From: an uncultured Planctomycetota bacterium
Lineage (GTDB): Bacteria; Planctomycetota; Planctomycetia; Pirellulales; Lacipirellulaceae
NCBI GenBank assembly: GCA_963719315.1
Contig: CAVRBU010000003.1
Coordinates: forward strand, 224,001 to 288,000
Reading direction: 5' to 3'
DNA: 64,000 bases
The position numbers were made by a program, and so were the translations under genes. The first letter of the stretch is position 1. Every line of letters starts with the position of its first letter. A model generated the notes under the pieces. The model had not been told where the DNA came from. It was given only the letters and a program-made list of their open reading frames with translations, and searched no databases. Positions 22,816 to 32,821 of this stretch are shown here, piece by piece.

Positions 22816-23034
22816 GGCGGGGCGAGCCTCAACACGTTCGGCAGAGTAGAGCGGCAAACGAGAACACCGGCGATCGTTCCGAGCGGCGCCGGAGGAGACC
22901 GGCCGCGACCACGGCACCGCGGCAATACCGCGGGCCGCGGTGCCCGGCGGCGAACTTTTGATTTTACCCGCGATAAGCGGCTTCAACAACCTTAGCGGAC
23001 GCGGGGCGGTGTTCTAAATTGCGGCACAACAACC

Positions 23035-23127
23035 TTGTAGCACGGACTTCAGTCCGTGATTCTTGTACGGACTGAAGTCCGTGCTACAAAGTTTCGGTCC
23101 GAAAGGTTCAAAATTAGGACACTACCG
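23035..23127 (+). repeat. GTAG-type REP doublet (GTAGCACGGACTTCAGTCCGTG) with a conserved ~35-bp tail
   Basis: Perfect hairpin arms; the same composite occurs inverted at 40692-40781. Confidence 0.8.
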
Positions 23128-23266
23128 GACGCGGGGGCGGGGGCGGTATACTCGCACGTAGCGCGAAATGGTTTCGCCGTAGCTGGATTCACAAGAATTC
23201 AGCTTTCAAGTTCTGAATTCTTGCGAATTCAGCGACACGATCAAGCACGCAGGACTGGAATCCGCC

Positions 23267-24160
23267 ATGCCTTCAACTGTTACCTCCACCTCATTGGCCG
23301 AACTGCCGGTGCGCCGCGGCAAAGTTCGCGATATTTACGATCTCGGCGACACGCTGTTGTTGGTGAGCACCGATCGAATCAGTGCGTTCGATTGGGTATT
23401 GCCGAGCGGGATTCCGGATAAGGGCCGCGTGCTGACGCAGCTCAGCCGGTTCTGGTTCGAGCACTTCAAGGACTTGCCGAACCACATGCTTTCTTGCGAG
23501 GTGGACGATTTCGATTTGCCGGTGGGGGTAGACCGGGAGCCGCTCGAGGGTCGGTCCATGCTGGTCCGCAAGACGAGCGTGGTGCCGATCGAATGTGTCG
23601 TGCGGGGCTACTTGTCCGGCTCCGGCTGGAGCGAGTATCAAAAGAACGGCTCGGTGTGCGGCATCGAGTTGCCGACCGGACTCAAGGAAAGCGATAAGCT
23701 GCCGGGCGCGATATTCACGCCGGCCACGAAGGCCGAGCAAGGCCTGCACGACGAAAACATCTCCTATGACGAGATGTGCGCCCACGTCGGAGCCGATTTG
23801 GCGAAACAGTTGTCGCAACGAAGCATCGAGTTGTACACGCGCGGCGCGGAGTACGCCGCCGGGCGCGGCATCATTATCGCCGATACGAAGTTCGAATTCG
23901 GTCTGGTGGATGACGAGTTGATTCTAATCGACGAGGTGCTGACGCCCGATAGCTCGCGATTCTGGCCGGCAGATAAGTATCAGCCGGGCCGGGGGCAGCC
24001 GTCGTTTGACAAGCAGTTCGTGCGCGATTGGCTGACGCAGAGCGGCTGGGACAAGAACAGCAAGCCCCCGGAGCTGCCACAAGACGTGGTGACAAAGACG
24101 CGGGCGAAGTATATCGAGGCGTTTGAGCAGTTGACGGGCGAGGGATTTGGGTGGAAGTAG
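23267..24160 (+). CDS. purC: Phosphoribosylaminoimidazole-succinocarboxamide synthase
   Basis: [58 protein letters not shown]. Confidence 0.98.
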   Translation: MPSTVTSTSLAELPVRRGKVRDIYDLGDTLLLVSTDRISAFDWVLPSGIPDKGRVLTQLSRFWFEHFKDLPNHMLSCEVDDFDLPVGVDREPLEGRSMLVRKTSVVPIECVVRGYLSGSGWSEYQKNGSVCGIELPTGLKESDKLPGAIFTPATKAEQGLHDENISYDEMCAHVGADLAKQLSQRSIELYTRGAEYAAGRGIIIADTKFEFGLVDDELILIDEVLTPDSSRFWPADKYQPGRGQPSFDKQFVRDWLTQSGWDKNSKPPELPQDVVTKTRAKYIEAFEQLTGEGFGWK

Positions 24161-24169
24161 ACTGACCCT

Positions 24170-24290
24170 CTGAACGATCCCATCGTGGAAGAAGTTCGGC
24201 ACTGGCGAATACAGCACACTTGCAAGTTCGGCGGCAACTTGACGCTGATCTGCGAAGACTTGCGGCGCGTTCCACGCGACTGTCCTTGTC
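24170..24290 (+). pseudogene. Remnant of a small antitoxin-like protein
   Basis: Translates (L)NDPIVEEVRHWRIQHTCKFGGNLTLICEDLRR, resembling small DPIVEEVRxxR proteins. No clean start. Confidence 0.35.
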
Positions 24291-24561
24291 CGATCCTTCG
24301 CCAGCCGCCGAAGTTACTTGCGGCTGGTGGTGAAGTCAGAGCAGAAATTCGGGATGCGCAGCGGGGATGAGGGCATCGCAGTCCAATAATTTTTTCCCCG
24401 TTTTCGTCCGGGTTCCGATCTCAGGGGATATGGGATTGAGCGAGAGTCCAGGATTTCGAGCGATACCGGGTAGTAGGCGAACTGGCTCGCTGAACCGGAC
24501 CCGGAGAATCTCCGTGGAGATGGCCTCCGCACCCGATGCGATTGTTGACTAGAATAGGAAT

Positions 24562-24900
24562 ATGGAACGCACGTTGATTCAACATATCGAAGTCCGCAAA
24601 AACCAGGCCGGCCAGGACCGGGCATATATCGCCGGTACTCGCATTCGTGTACAGGATATTTACGTCGACTCAGAAGTACTAGGCAAACCGCCTGAAGCAA
24701 TTGTGGCGGCGTTGCCCCACCTTACCTTGGCCCAGGTTCATGCGGCGCTGGCATATTACTTCGATCATCGCGAGGAGATTCTGGACGAGTTGCGTCAAGA
24801 CGAACAATTCGTAGCTGTCATGAAGGAGCAAACTGGCCCTGGACCGCTGGAAATGAAATTACGCGATTCGGGCGTCGGTGATGCGATTTCATCTGGATGA
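24562..24900 (+). CDS. DUF433-family antitoxin
   Basis: AYIAGTRIRVQDI...PHLTLAQVHAALAYYFDHREEI. Confidence 0.9.
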   Translation: MERTLIQHIEVRKNQAGQDRAYIAGTRIRVQDIYVDSEVLGKPPEAIVAALPHLTLAQVHAALAYYFDHREEILDELRQDEQFVAVMKEQTGPGPLEMKLRDSGVGDAISSG

Positions 24901-25204
24901 ACATGTTGATCCTGCCATTGCCCACGGCTTGCGTCTGCGCGGAATTGATGTGACTACAACGAACGATGCAAACCTCTTGAGCGCTCCCGACGAATTACAT
25001 TTGGAGTTTTCCCGGCGAGAGGGAAGAGTAATCTTCACGAACGACGCGGACTTTTTGCGTTTCGCATCTGCCGGCATCGAGCACACTGGCATTGCGTACT
25101 GCTCTCGTATGGCACGGTCGATCGGGCACATCGTGCGTCATTTGTGCCTCATGCACGATTGTCTCGAAGCAGGCCAAATGAGCGGCAAAGTGGAGTATCT
25201 TTAG
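24881..25204 (+). CDS. DUF5615 PIN-like toxin
   Basis: RFHLDEHV..LRLRGIDV..DELHL..GRVIFTNDADF; overlaps the antitoxin gene. Confidence 0.88.
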   Translation: MRFHLDEHVDPAIAHGLRLRGIDVTTTNDANLLSAPDELHLEFSRREGRVIFTNDADFLRFASAGIEHTGIAYCSRMARSIGHIVRHLCLMHDCLEAGQMSGKVEYL

Positions 25205-25297
25205 ACTTTTACGGCACCATAAAAAGACGTTTTGAAGTGATACGCAGGCAACACGGTTCCGGCCAAGCCAGTGATTGCAATATCGGCCTCATGACAT

Positions 25298-26437
25298 ATG
25301 CTCCGCTACCTAACCGCCGGTGAATCGCACGGCAAAACTCTGATTGCGCTCGTGGACGGGTTTCCGGCCGGCGTGGCCGTGGACTTGGAGCCGATCAACG
25401 TCGAGTTGCGGCGGCGGCAGGGTGGGTATGGCCGCGGCGGGCGGCAGCGGATTGAGACCGATGCGGTCAACGTTCTCAGCGGTGTGTGGAAAGGTGTGAC
25501 GCTCGGCAGCCCGGTCGCCCTGGAAGTGCCGAACCGCGACAGCAAATTGGATCGGCTCGATGACCTTCCGCGGCCACGACCGGGGCATGCCGATCTGACG
25601 GGGGCGATCAAGTATCTGGGGTCGATCCGCGGCGTGTTGGAGCGGGCGTCGGCCCGCGAAACGGCGGTGCGGGTGGCGGCCGGCGCCCTAGCCAAGCAAT
25701 TGCTGGCCGAGTTTGGCATCACGGCGTTTGGATACGTGGTCGAACTGGGCGGCGAGCGGATTGAGGCAGTCGATGCGCCGCTCGATCGGCTGCGGTCTAT
25801 CCGCGATCAGAGCGCGATCTACGGGCTCAACATGGCCCGCGACGATGCAATCAAACAGTTGATCGACGCGGCCGCCAAAGACGGCGACACGCTGGGCGGC
25901 GTTGTCGAAGTGCGCGTGGACGGCCTGCCGTTCGGGTTGGGAACGCACGCGCAGTGGGATCGCAAGCTGGATGGGCGGCTCGCGCAAGCCGTGATGAGCG
26001 TGCAGGCGATCAAGGGCGTGGAAATCGGCTTAGGATTCGAAGCGGCTCGGCGGCGCGGGTCGCAGGTGCACGATCCGATTCAATACGATGCAATGCACCG
26101 CAACGACCCCGCCCTCGGCTTCGTGCGGCCGACAAACAATGCCGGCGGAATCGAAGGAGGCATGACGAACGGGCAACCGCTGATTTTGCGGGCGGCGAAA
26201 AAGCCGATCAGCACGCTCGCTCGGCCGCTGGAGTCGATCAATCTGGATACCAAGGAGCGGCAGGAAGCGAGCTACGAACGGAGCGACATTTGCGCCGTGC
26301 CGGCGGCCAGCGTGATCGTCGAGAACGTCGTAGCGTTTGAGGTTGCGGCGGCGCTGGTCGATAAGTTCGGCGGCGATAACGTGCCGGAGATGAAGGCGCG
26401 GTATGAGTTGTTTTTGAAGATGGCGCGGGAGAAGTAA
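25298..26437 (+). CDS. aroC: Chorismate synthase
   Basis: LTAGESHG, RRRQGGYGRGGR, PRPGHADL, ERASARETA, NNAGGIEGGMTNG, ERSDICAVPAA. Confidence 0.98.
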   Translation: MLRYLTAGESHGKTLIALVDGFPAGVAVDLEPINVELRRRQGGYGRGGRQRIETDAVNVLSGVWKGVTLGSPVALEVPNRDSKLDRLDDLPRPRPGHADLTGAIKYLGSIRGVLERASARETAVRVAAGALAKQLLAEFGITAFGYVVELGGERIEAVDAPLDRLRSIRDQSAIYGLNMARDDAIKQLIDAAAKDGDTLGGVVEVRVDGLPFGLGTHAQWDRKLDGRLAQAVMSVQAIKGVEIGLGFEAARRRGSQVHDPIQYDAMHRNDPALGFVRPTNNAGGIEGGMTNGQPLILRAAKKPISTLARPLESINLDTKERQEASYERSDICAVPAASVIVENVVAFEVAAALVDKFGGDNVPEMKARYELFLKMAREK

Positions 26438-26533
26438 GAACAAGACAAGGAGACAAGGAGAGGGGGAGACAAGGAGATTCGAATCTTAATCGTTTCCTAT
26501 GAATGTCTTTGTCTGTTTGTCTGATTCAGCACG

Positions 26534-27424
26534 CTACTTCGCGCCAATGGCGATCGTGCCGTCGGTAGCAACGGTGGATTTATCGCTGTGGCGGCGGCGG
26601 AGTTTGCGGCCGAGTTCTTGCTGCACTCGATTCAAGAGGAATTTCGTCGGGATCTCGCTCGCCAGCGCGTCGATGTTGGCCAGCATTTCGGCAGCTTCTT
26701 GAAATTCGCCCTCTTCGAAGTGGCGAAGCGCTCGATCGTAGGTTGTCCAGTCGAGCGTCCGTGGTGCGTCGCCGGTGGACTCACCGACGGCGAACAGGCC
26801 GACCGGTTTTTGGAGTCCGGGCATTCGGGCGCGGCACACGCGGTGGGCGGCGAGCGTAGCAGGCAGCCGCTCTGCGGTCGCTTGCGTGGCGACCAGCGGC
26901 ACGCACAACTCCTTGCTCGCGGCTTCGACGCGGCTGGCCAGATGCACGTTCGGGCCGCGAGCGCCATATTTCACGCGCTGCGTACTGCCCGCGTTGCCGA
27001 CCTGCACGGTTCCCGTATGGATGCCAATGCCGAGCCGCAGTTCGGTTTGAATGACGCGAAACCATTCGGCGGCGACATCGGGCAGCGTGGCCAGCATGTG
27101 CAACCCAGAGCGGCAGGCGAGTTCCGCGTGCTGGGCCTGTTCGGTCGGCGCGTTCCACATCGCCATGAGGCCATCGCCGAAATAATCGATGACGAAACCA
27201 TCGTGTGCGACGACGGCTTCGGTCAGGCAATCCATCACGTGCGACAGCAGCTCGCAGAACAGCGGGTCCATTTCGAGCGTCGTGGCGAGCTCCGTAAAAC
27301 CACGCAGGTCGGCAAACAGGAGCGTCGCTTCGCGTTGCTCTTCGCGAATTGGATGGTGCGGAACCTGACGGTGCATGCGGCGGCTCGGTCTGGTTTGGCG
27401 GCAGTCTTTATCTCTATTCAACAC
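26534..27424 (-). CDS. Stand-alone class III nucleotide (adenylate/guanylate) cyclase; start uncertain
   Basis: LLFADLRGFT, DYFGDGLMAMWNAP, IGIHTG...GNAGS and NVHLASRVE, followed by a short helical tail. Confidence 0.88.
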   Translation of the reverse strand: MLNRDKDCRQTRPSRRMHRQVPHHPIREEQREATLLFADLRGFTELATTLEMDPLFCELLSHVMDCLTEAVVAHDGFVIDYFGDGLMAMWNAPTEQAQHAELACRSGLHMLATLPDVAAEWFRVIQTELRLGIGIHTGTVQVGNAGSTQRVKYGARGPNVHLASRVEAASKELCVPLVATQATAERLPATLAAHRVCRARMPGLQKPVGLFAVGESTGDAPRTLDWTTYDRALRHFEEGEFQEAAEMLANIDALASEIPTKFLLNRVQQELGRKLRRRHSDKSTVATDGTIAIGAK

Positions 27425-27644
27425 AATAGGTTACGTGCCGTGCGCCATCGTTCGGCGAGGGACCGTACAACGACTCGCGCCGGGGTTGAAACGCCGGCTC
27501 GATAGCTACGCGCGCGTTAACCGGCACAATCGGCCGCCGGGCAACGGTGCTAGCAGCAATGTTATGGACATCGCGGGGCGATTTCGGAATAATCCGCGGC
27601 CGCATTTTTTCTCCGTCCGATCGTGCGTTCCGCTCGCTGCCAGC

Positions 27645-28904
27645 ATGAGTATTTCTTTGCCAACCATCGGACTCGTCATCGGCTGGCTGCTCGTCGGCTG
27701 GGTGGGAGTGCAAGCGGTGTTTGTTGCGGCGAAGCATGTGCTCCGCCGCACTCGCCGGAAGCAAAGATACAACGCTGAGCGGGCGGACTTTTGCCGGCGC
27801 ATCGAGACGGCGGCGCGGGCTGCCCGGGCGTCAAAGGCGATTGCCGATTGGAGCGGCTGGCGGCCGTTTCGCGTGGCCGCGATTGTCGATGAGGCACAGG
27901 ACGTAAAATCGTTCTACTTCACACCCGAGGACGGCCGGCCGCTGGCGCCATTCGCACCGGGCCAATATCTGACGTTTCGCTTGCCGGTCGCGGAGAGCGA
28001 AGCGCCGCTCGTGCGGTGCTACTCGCTCTCGGACCGGCCGCGGCAGGATTTCTATCGGGCGACCATCAAGCGCATCGCGGCGAGGCCGGAGCGGCCCGAT
28101 CTGCCGCCCGGCCGTGGCAGCAATTACTTTCACGACAGCGTGCAAGTGGGCGACGTGTTGGATGTGCGGGCGCCGGCCGGCACGTTCTTGATCGATCCGC
28201 TGGCCACCGAGCCGATCGTGCTGATCGGGGCCGGCATCGGCGTGACACCACTCGTGAGCATGTTGGAAGCGATCGTGCAAACGGGCCGGAAACGCGAAGT
28301 TCATGCGCTGTTCGGCTTTCGCCAGGGCGGCGAACATCCGTTCAAGGAGCGGCTGGCGGCGATATGCGAGGAACATCCGCACATTCGTTTGCACCTGAGC
28401 TACTCGGCGCCGTCGAAAACGGACGTTCCGTACCGCGACTTCAACCATCGCGGGCGAGTGACGCTCCAGCGGGTGCGCGAGGTGCTGCCGTCGAACAATT
28501 ACAGGTTCTACGTGTGCGGCCCCGGCGCCATGATGGAATCGCTCGTGCCCGCGCTGTGGGACTGGGGCGTGCCCGAGTCGCACGTGCACTTCGAAGCGTT
28601 CGGGCCGGCGAGTGTGCGAAGCGCAAGTCACGCGCGCGAGAAGATTCAACAGTGCGAAGTACGGTTCGACCGCAGCGGGCGCACGGCGATGTGGGACGGA
28701 TCGCTCACGTCACTTTTAGAATTCGGCGAGGCAGCGGGGGTGACGATGCCCTCCGGTTGTCGGGCCGGCAGTTGCGGCGAGTGCCTGACGGCAATTCGTA
28801 GCGGAACGGTCGCAACCGTCAAACAGCCCGGCATTCCAGTGCTTACGGGACACTGCTTGACGTGCATTAGCGTGCCGGCGGGCGAACTTGTCCTCGATGC
28901 TTAA
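27645..28904 (+). CDS. Membrane-anchored FAD/NAD(P)-binding oxidoreductase with C-terminal 2Fe-2S ferredoxin
   Basis: N-terminal TM; RCYSLS, GRGS, GAGIGVTP, YVCGPGAMM, EAFG; CRAGSCGEC...C. Confidence 0.92.
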   Translation: MSISLPTIGLVIGWLLVGWVGVQAVFVAAKHVLRRTRRKQRYNAERADFCRRIETAARAARASKAIADWSGWRPFRVAAIVDEAQDVKSFYFTPEDGRPLAPFAPGQYLTFRLPVAESEAPLVRCYSLSDRPRQDFYRATIKRIAARPERPDLPPGRGSNYFHDSVQVGDVLDVRAPAGTFLIDPLATEPIVLIGAGIGVTPLVSMLEAIVQTGRKREVHALFGFRQGGEHPFKERLAAICEEHPHIRLHLSYSAPSKTDVPYRDFNHRGRVTLQRVREVLPSNNYRFYVCGPGAMMESLVPALWDWGVPESHVHFEAFGPASVRSASHAREKIQQCEVRFDRSGRTAMWDGSLTSLLEFGEAAGVTMPSGCRAGSCGECLTAIRSGTVATVKQPGIPVLTGHCLTCISVPAGELVLDA

Positions 28905-28945
28905 AGTGGTTTTCGCACGCTAAGGCGCAAAGGATTACAAGGAAT

Positions 28946-30034
28946 ATGCAGTGCGTGGCGTTAAAGCGAGATTCGGTCAAGAAATTGCGCAGATCGCTTT
29001 GCGTCTTTGTGCCTTTGCGTAAGGCATGGTTTGGCTACGTTGTGGTTTTGGTGGTTTGCATGTGCGGACATCGTGCAACGGCGGAAGAGGCGAAAGTTGG
29101 CTCCGCGGCGGCGGATGCGGCCAAGATCGTGGGGCCGGATCAATGTGCGAAATGTCATCAGCCGGAAGTGCAGCAGTGGATGCGGACGCCACATTTTGCG
29201 ACGTTCGATTCGCTGCATCGCCAACCGCGGGCAAAAGAGATTGCCGATAAGCTAGGCTTGCAGTCGATCAAGCGGAGCGATGTGTGCACGCAATGCCATT
29301 ACACACTGCAGAATCAGGAAGGGAGAGACCGCGTCGTGGCGGGCGTGTCGTGCGAATCGTGCCATGGCGGGGCGCTGGGTTGGCTGACGCTCCATTCGGA
29401 TTACGGCGGGGCTGGCATCACGCGGGCGACTGAGTCGGCCGAGCATCGAGCGAAGCGCGTCAAGGACAGCGTTGCTCAAGGGATGAACAATCCGCACAAC
29501 ATCTATCTGATCGCCAAGCAGTGCTACGATTGTCACACGGTGCCGAATGAGAAGTTGGTGAACGTCGGTGGCCACATCGCGGGCAGCCAGGATTTCGAGC
29601 TCGTCGCCTGGTCGCAGGGCATGGTGCGGCACAACTTCGTGCGAACCGGCGGCGCGACGAATGCCACGCTCAGTCCGGAAGACTTGCGGGTAATGTACGT
29701 CGTGGGCGTGATGACGGACCTCGAATACAGCCTGCGGGCGGTCGCGGCCGCGACCGACAAAGCAACGTTTGGCGTGACGAGCGCACAACGGGCCGCGCGG
29801 ATGAAGAAGCGGCTGCACAAGATTCAGGCGCTCGTGAATGAGCCCTTGATAAAGCCAGCGCTTGACGCAGTCGCGACCGTCGAGTTGCGACTCGGCAACA
29901 ACGAGGCGATCGTCGCCGCGGCGGATGCCATTAGCGCGGCAGCGTACGACTTCGCCGAGCAGGCGGATGGGAAAAAGCTGGCGGCGATTGATGCGATGCT
30001 GCCGACGCCGAACCAATACAAAAATGGAATGTGA
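28946..30034 (+). CDS. Exported tetraheme c-type cytochrome (c554-like); start uncertain
   Basis: CAKCH, CTQCH, CESCH, CYDCH; hydrophobic signal-like N-terminus. Confidence 0.88.
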   Translation: MQCVALKRDSVKKLRRSLCVFVPLRKAWFGYVVVLVVCMCGHRATAEEAKVGSAAADAAKIVGPDQCAKCHQPEVQQWMRTPHFATFDSLHRQPRAKEIADKLGLQSIKRSDVCTQCHYTLQNQEGRDRVVAGVSCESCHGGALGWLTLHSDYGGAGITRATESAEHRAKRVKDSVAQGMNNPHNIYLIAKQCYDCHTVPNEKLVNVGGHIAGSQDFELVAWSQGMVRHNFVRTGGATNATLSPEDLRVMYVVGVMTDLEYSLRAVAAATDKATFGVTSAQRAARMKKRLHKIQALVNEPLIKPALDAVATVELRLGNNEAIVAAADAISAAAYDFAEQADGKKLAAIDAMLPTPNQYKNGM

Positions 30035-30130
30035 GAAAAGGATTCAGGATGCGGGATGCAGGGGGCAGGGTTCCAACTAGCGTGTCTAGCCCTGCCTGTT
30101 GCATCCTGCATCCTCAATCCTCACACTACT

Positions 30131-31846
30131 ATGCCCGAATTTGAAATCGCCGTCCCGCGGCCGCAGCGTTGGAACGAGCCGTTCGGTCAGATGACCGAGG
30201 CGGACGTGGAGCGTTTGCTGCGAGTCGAGCCGTTTTGCAGGATCGATGCCGGCGCGTTTCCGACGTCGCTACCGCTGCGCGGGATTCTGTTGGGCGATAC
30301 GCGGATCGCGTATTACGAACCGGGCGATTTGGTCGTGCGCGAAGGCGATTACGGAAATAGCGCGTTCTTGATTCTGGCAGGCACGGTTCGCGTCGTGTTG
30401 GAGCGGCTCGATCCGAAGCTGCTGGGCCGCGAGGACCGACCGAAACGGAGTTGGTTGCGGGCAATCGCCCAGCTTTGGCAGAACGAGAAGTTGCCGGAAG
30501 TGCGACAGGCGGTCGGCATTCGCGGTACATCGAACCTCGCGACTGTTCGCGGCGACAATGGCGCTACGCGGGTGTTCGTACAGGATGTTCCACGGCTGCT
30601 GGAGCACACGGGCACGGCGCAGCTCAGCACAGGCGAAATCTTCGGCGAGCTGGCGGCAATGTCGCGCACGCCGCGGACGGCGACCGTGCTGGCCGAAGGC
30701 CGGGCCACGCTGTTGGAAATTCGCTGGCAGGGGCTTCGCGATATAATGCGTCGGACTCCGGCGATTCGCACACATATCGAGCAGTTGTATCGCGTAAATA
30801 GTCTGCGCGTTCATCTGCGCGAGACGGAAGTGCTCAAGAATCTTCCGGCCGCGGAAATGGATGCGGTCGCGGCGGCGACGGAGTTCGAGTCGTTCGGCAA
30901 CTTCGATTGGTACACGGACTTCGGTCCCGATCGCCGGCGCGATGCGGCCGAGCAACTTGCGGCCGAGCCGTTGATTGCGGCCGAAGGGGACCGGCCGACC
31001 GGACTGTATTTGATTCGCTCCGGTTTCGCGCGTGTCAGCCGGCGGCATGGGCACGGGCATCGCACGTTGGCGTACATCGGCAAGGGGCAGGTGTTCGGCC
31101 TGACAGAGTTGGCCGAGGCGTTTACGACGGGCGCCGATGTGCCGTGGCAGAATTCGCTGCGGGCGGTGGGGTATGTGGATGTTTTGCGGATTCCGAGAGA
31201 AGCCGTGTTGGAAACGATTCTGCCGAATTGCAAATTGCAAATTGAATACTGCAAATTGCAAAATGCGGATATCGGAAAACAATCCGCAATCCGAGATCAG
31301 CAAACCGAAATCGATCCAACTACGCTCGACTTTCTTGCCGATCATCGCTTTTTGAACGGCACGCAGACGATGCTGATCGATCTCGATCGCTGTACGCGGT
31401 GCGACGATTGTGTGCGAGCTTGTGCGGCGACGCACGACAACAATCCACGGTTCATTCGGCAGGGGCCGAAGCACGATCACATCATGGTTGCCAATGCGTG
31501 CATGCATTGCGTCGATCCGGTGTGCATGATCGGCTGCCCGACCGGCGCGATCGCCCGCGACGCCGAGACGGGGACCGTGCGGATCAACGACAGCACGTGC
31601 ATCGGCTGCAGCACGTGTGCGAATAGTTGTCCGTATAACGCGATTCGGATGGTGGAGATTCGCGAGCCGGGCGGCGCGTTTTACGTCGATGAGGCGACGC
31701 AACTCCCGATTTTGAAGGCGACCAAGTGCGATTTTTGCGCGGGCCAGTTGACGGGCCCCGCCTGCCAGGCGGCGTGTCCGCAGGATGCGCTGATTCGAGT
31801 CGACTTGGGAAACTTGACGACGCTCGATCGATGGCTGGCGCGATAG
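30131..31846 (+). CDS. Two cNMP-binding domains fused to a four-cluster 4Fe-4S ferredoxin (DmsB/NrfC-like)
   Basis: VVREGDYG..FGELAAMSRTPRTATV and AAEGD..VFGL; CTRCDDCVRAC, CMHCVDPVCMIGC, CIGCSTCANSC, CDFC...CQAAC. Confidence 0.92.
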   Translation: MPEFEIAVPRPQRWNEPFGQMTEADVERLLRVEPFCRIDAGAFPTSLPLRGILLGDTRIAYYEPGDLVVREGDYGNSAFLILAGTVRVVLERLDPKLLGREDRPKRSWLRAIAQLWQNEKLPEVRQAVGIRGTSNLATVRGDNGATRVFVQDVPRLLEHTGTAQLSTGEIFGELAAMSRTPRTATVLAEGRATLLEIRWQGLRDIMRRTPAIRTHIEQLYRVNSLRVHLRETEVLKNLPAAEMDAVAAATEFESFGNFDWYTDFGPDRRRDAAEQLAAEPLIAAEGDRPTGLYLIRSGFARVSRRHGHGHRTLAYIGKGQVFGLTELAEAFTTGADVPWQNSLRAVGYVDVLRIPREAVLETILPNCKLQIEYCKLQNADIGKQSAIRDQQTEIDPTTLDFLADHRFLNGTQTMLIDLDRCTRCDDCVRACAATHDNNPRFIRQGPKHDHIMVANACMHCVDPVCMIGCPTGAIARDAETGTVRINDSTCIGCSTCANSCPYNAIRMVEIREPGGAFYVDEATQLPILKATKCDFCAGQLTGPACQAACPQDALIRVDLGNLTTLDRWLAR

Positions 31847-31996
31847 TCGACGACTTCCATGACATCTAATGTTCTTTGGTCCGCAGATGTCGCAGATATT
31901 CGCAGATGATGAATTAAGGAAATCAACTCTTCTTCCATCTGCGGAAATCTGCGACATCTGCGGACAACCAAATCAATACTGTTTACTTCTCGAACG

Positions 31997-32821
31997 ATGA
32001 CCTCGTTTGCACAACGCCGAATCCGTAACGGGGGCGCCACGATGATCTTCGTGGCGCTCGTGTGGTTGTGGGTGCGCGGGCGGGAGCGGAATCTCACGCC
32101 GTCGTCGTTTGCGACCGGGTATATCATGCTGGCCGCGGTGTTGTTTTTGGCGGCCTACAACCTTCGCAAGAAGTTGCCGTTTTTGCCGCTGGGCAGTTCG
32201 AGGGCGTGGCTGCAATGGCATTTGTATGTCGGCATTGGCAGCGTCGGGATCTTTGCGCTGCACGCGGGTCTGCGGTGGCCGAATGGGATTCTGGAAACGG
32301 CATTGGCCTGCGTGTATGTGTCCACCGTCGGCAGCGGAGTCCTCGGGTTGTATTGGACGCGGACCATCCCAGCGCAACTCGCGCGGGTGGGGGAAGAGGT
32401 AATCTACGAACGAATTCCGGCACTACATCGGCAAGTTCAACGGCAGGCGGGCGAGGTGGTGCTGGAGTCGGTTACTGCGTCCGGAGCGACAACGTTAGCC
32501 GATTTCTATGTGACGCGGCTGTACGATTTCTTTTATCGCTCGCGGAGCGTGTCGTATTTCTTGCGCCCGACGACGGCGTTGCGTCGATCGCTGATGGAGG
32601 AGATGCAGAATCTGCGACGGTATCTGTCGGAACACGAGTTGACCGCGTGCGAGCGGTTGTTCGCGCTCGTGCGGCGGAAAGATGATTTGGATTTTCACGC
32701 GGCCCGGCAAGGGTTGCTCAAAGACTGGTTGTTCGTGCACATCGGGCTGACGTATGCGCTCGTGGTGCTGGCCGTTTTGCATGGGCTGTTGGCGCTGGCG
32801 TTCCGCGGAGGTGCCGCGTGA
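31997..32821 (+). CDS. Integral membrane protein with His residues in TM segments (possible b-heme or quinone module)
   Basis: About 5-6 TM segments; WLQWHLYVG, ALHAG, WLFVHIGL, VLHG. Confidence 0.75.
   Translation: MTSFAQRRIRNGGATMIFVALVWLWVRGRERNLTPSSFATGYIMLAAVLFLAAYNLRKKLPFLPLGSSRAWLQWHLYVGIGSVGIFALHAGLRWPNGILETALACVYVSTVGSGVLGLYWTRTIPAQLARVGEEVIYERIPALHRQVQRQAGEVVLESVTASGATTLADFYVTRLYDFFYRSRSVSYFLRPTTALRRSLMEEMQNLRRYLSEHELTACERLFALVRRKDDLDFHAARQGLLKDWLFVHIGLTYALVVLAVLHGLLALAFRGGAA

Noticed and set aside
26534..31846. Pycsar-type antiphage system (cyclase plus cNMP effector)
   Set aside because: The cNMP protein is fused to a ferredoxin within a redox operon rather than to a TIR or TM effector, and it is not adjacent to or co-oriented with the cyclase.
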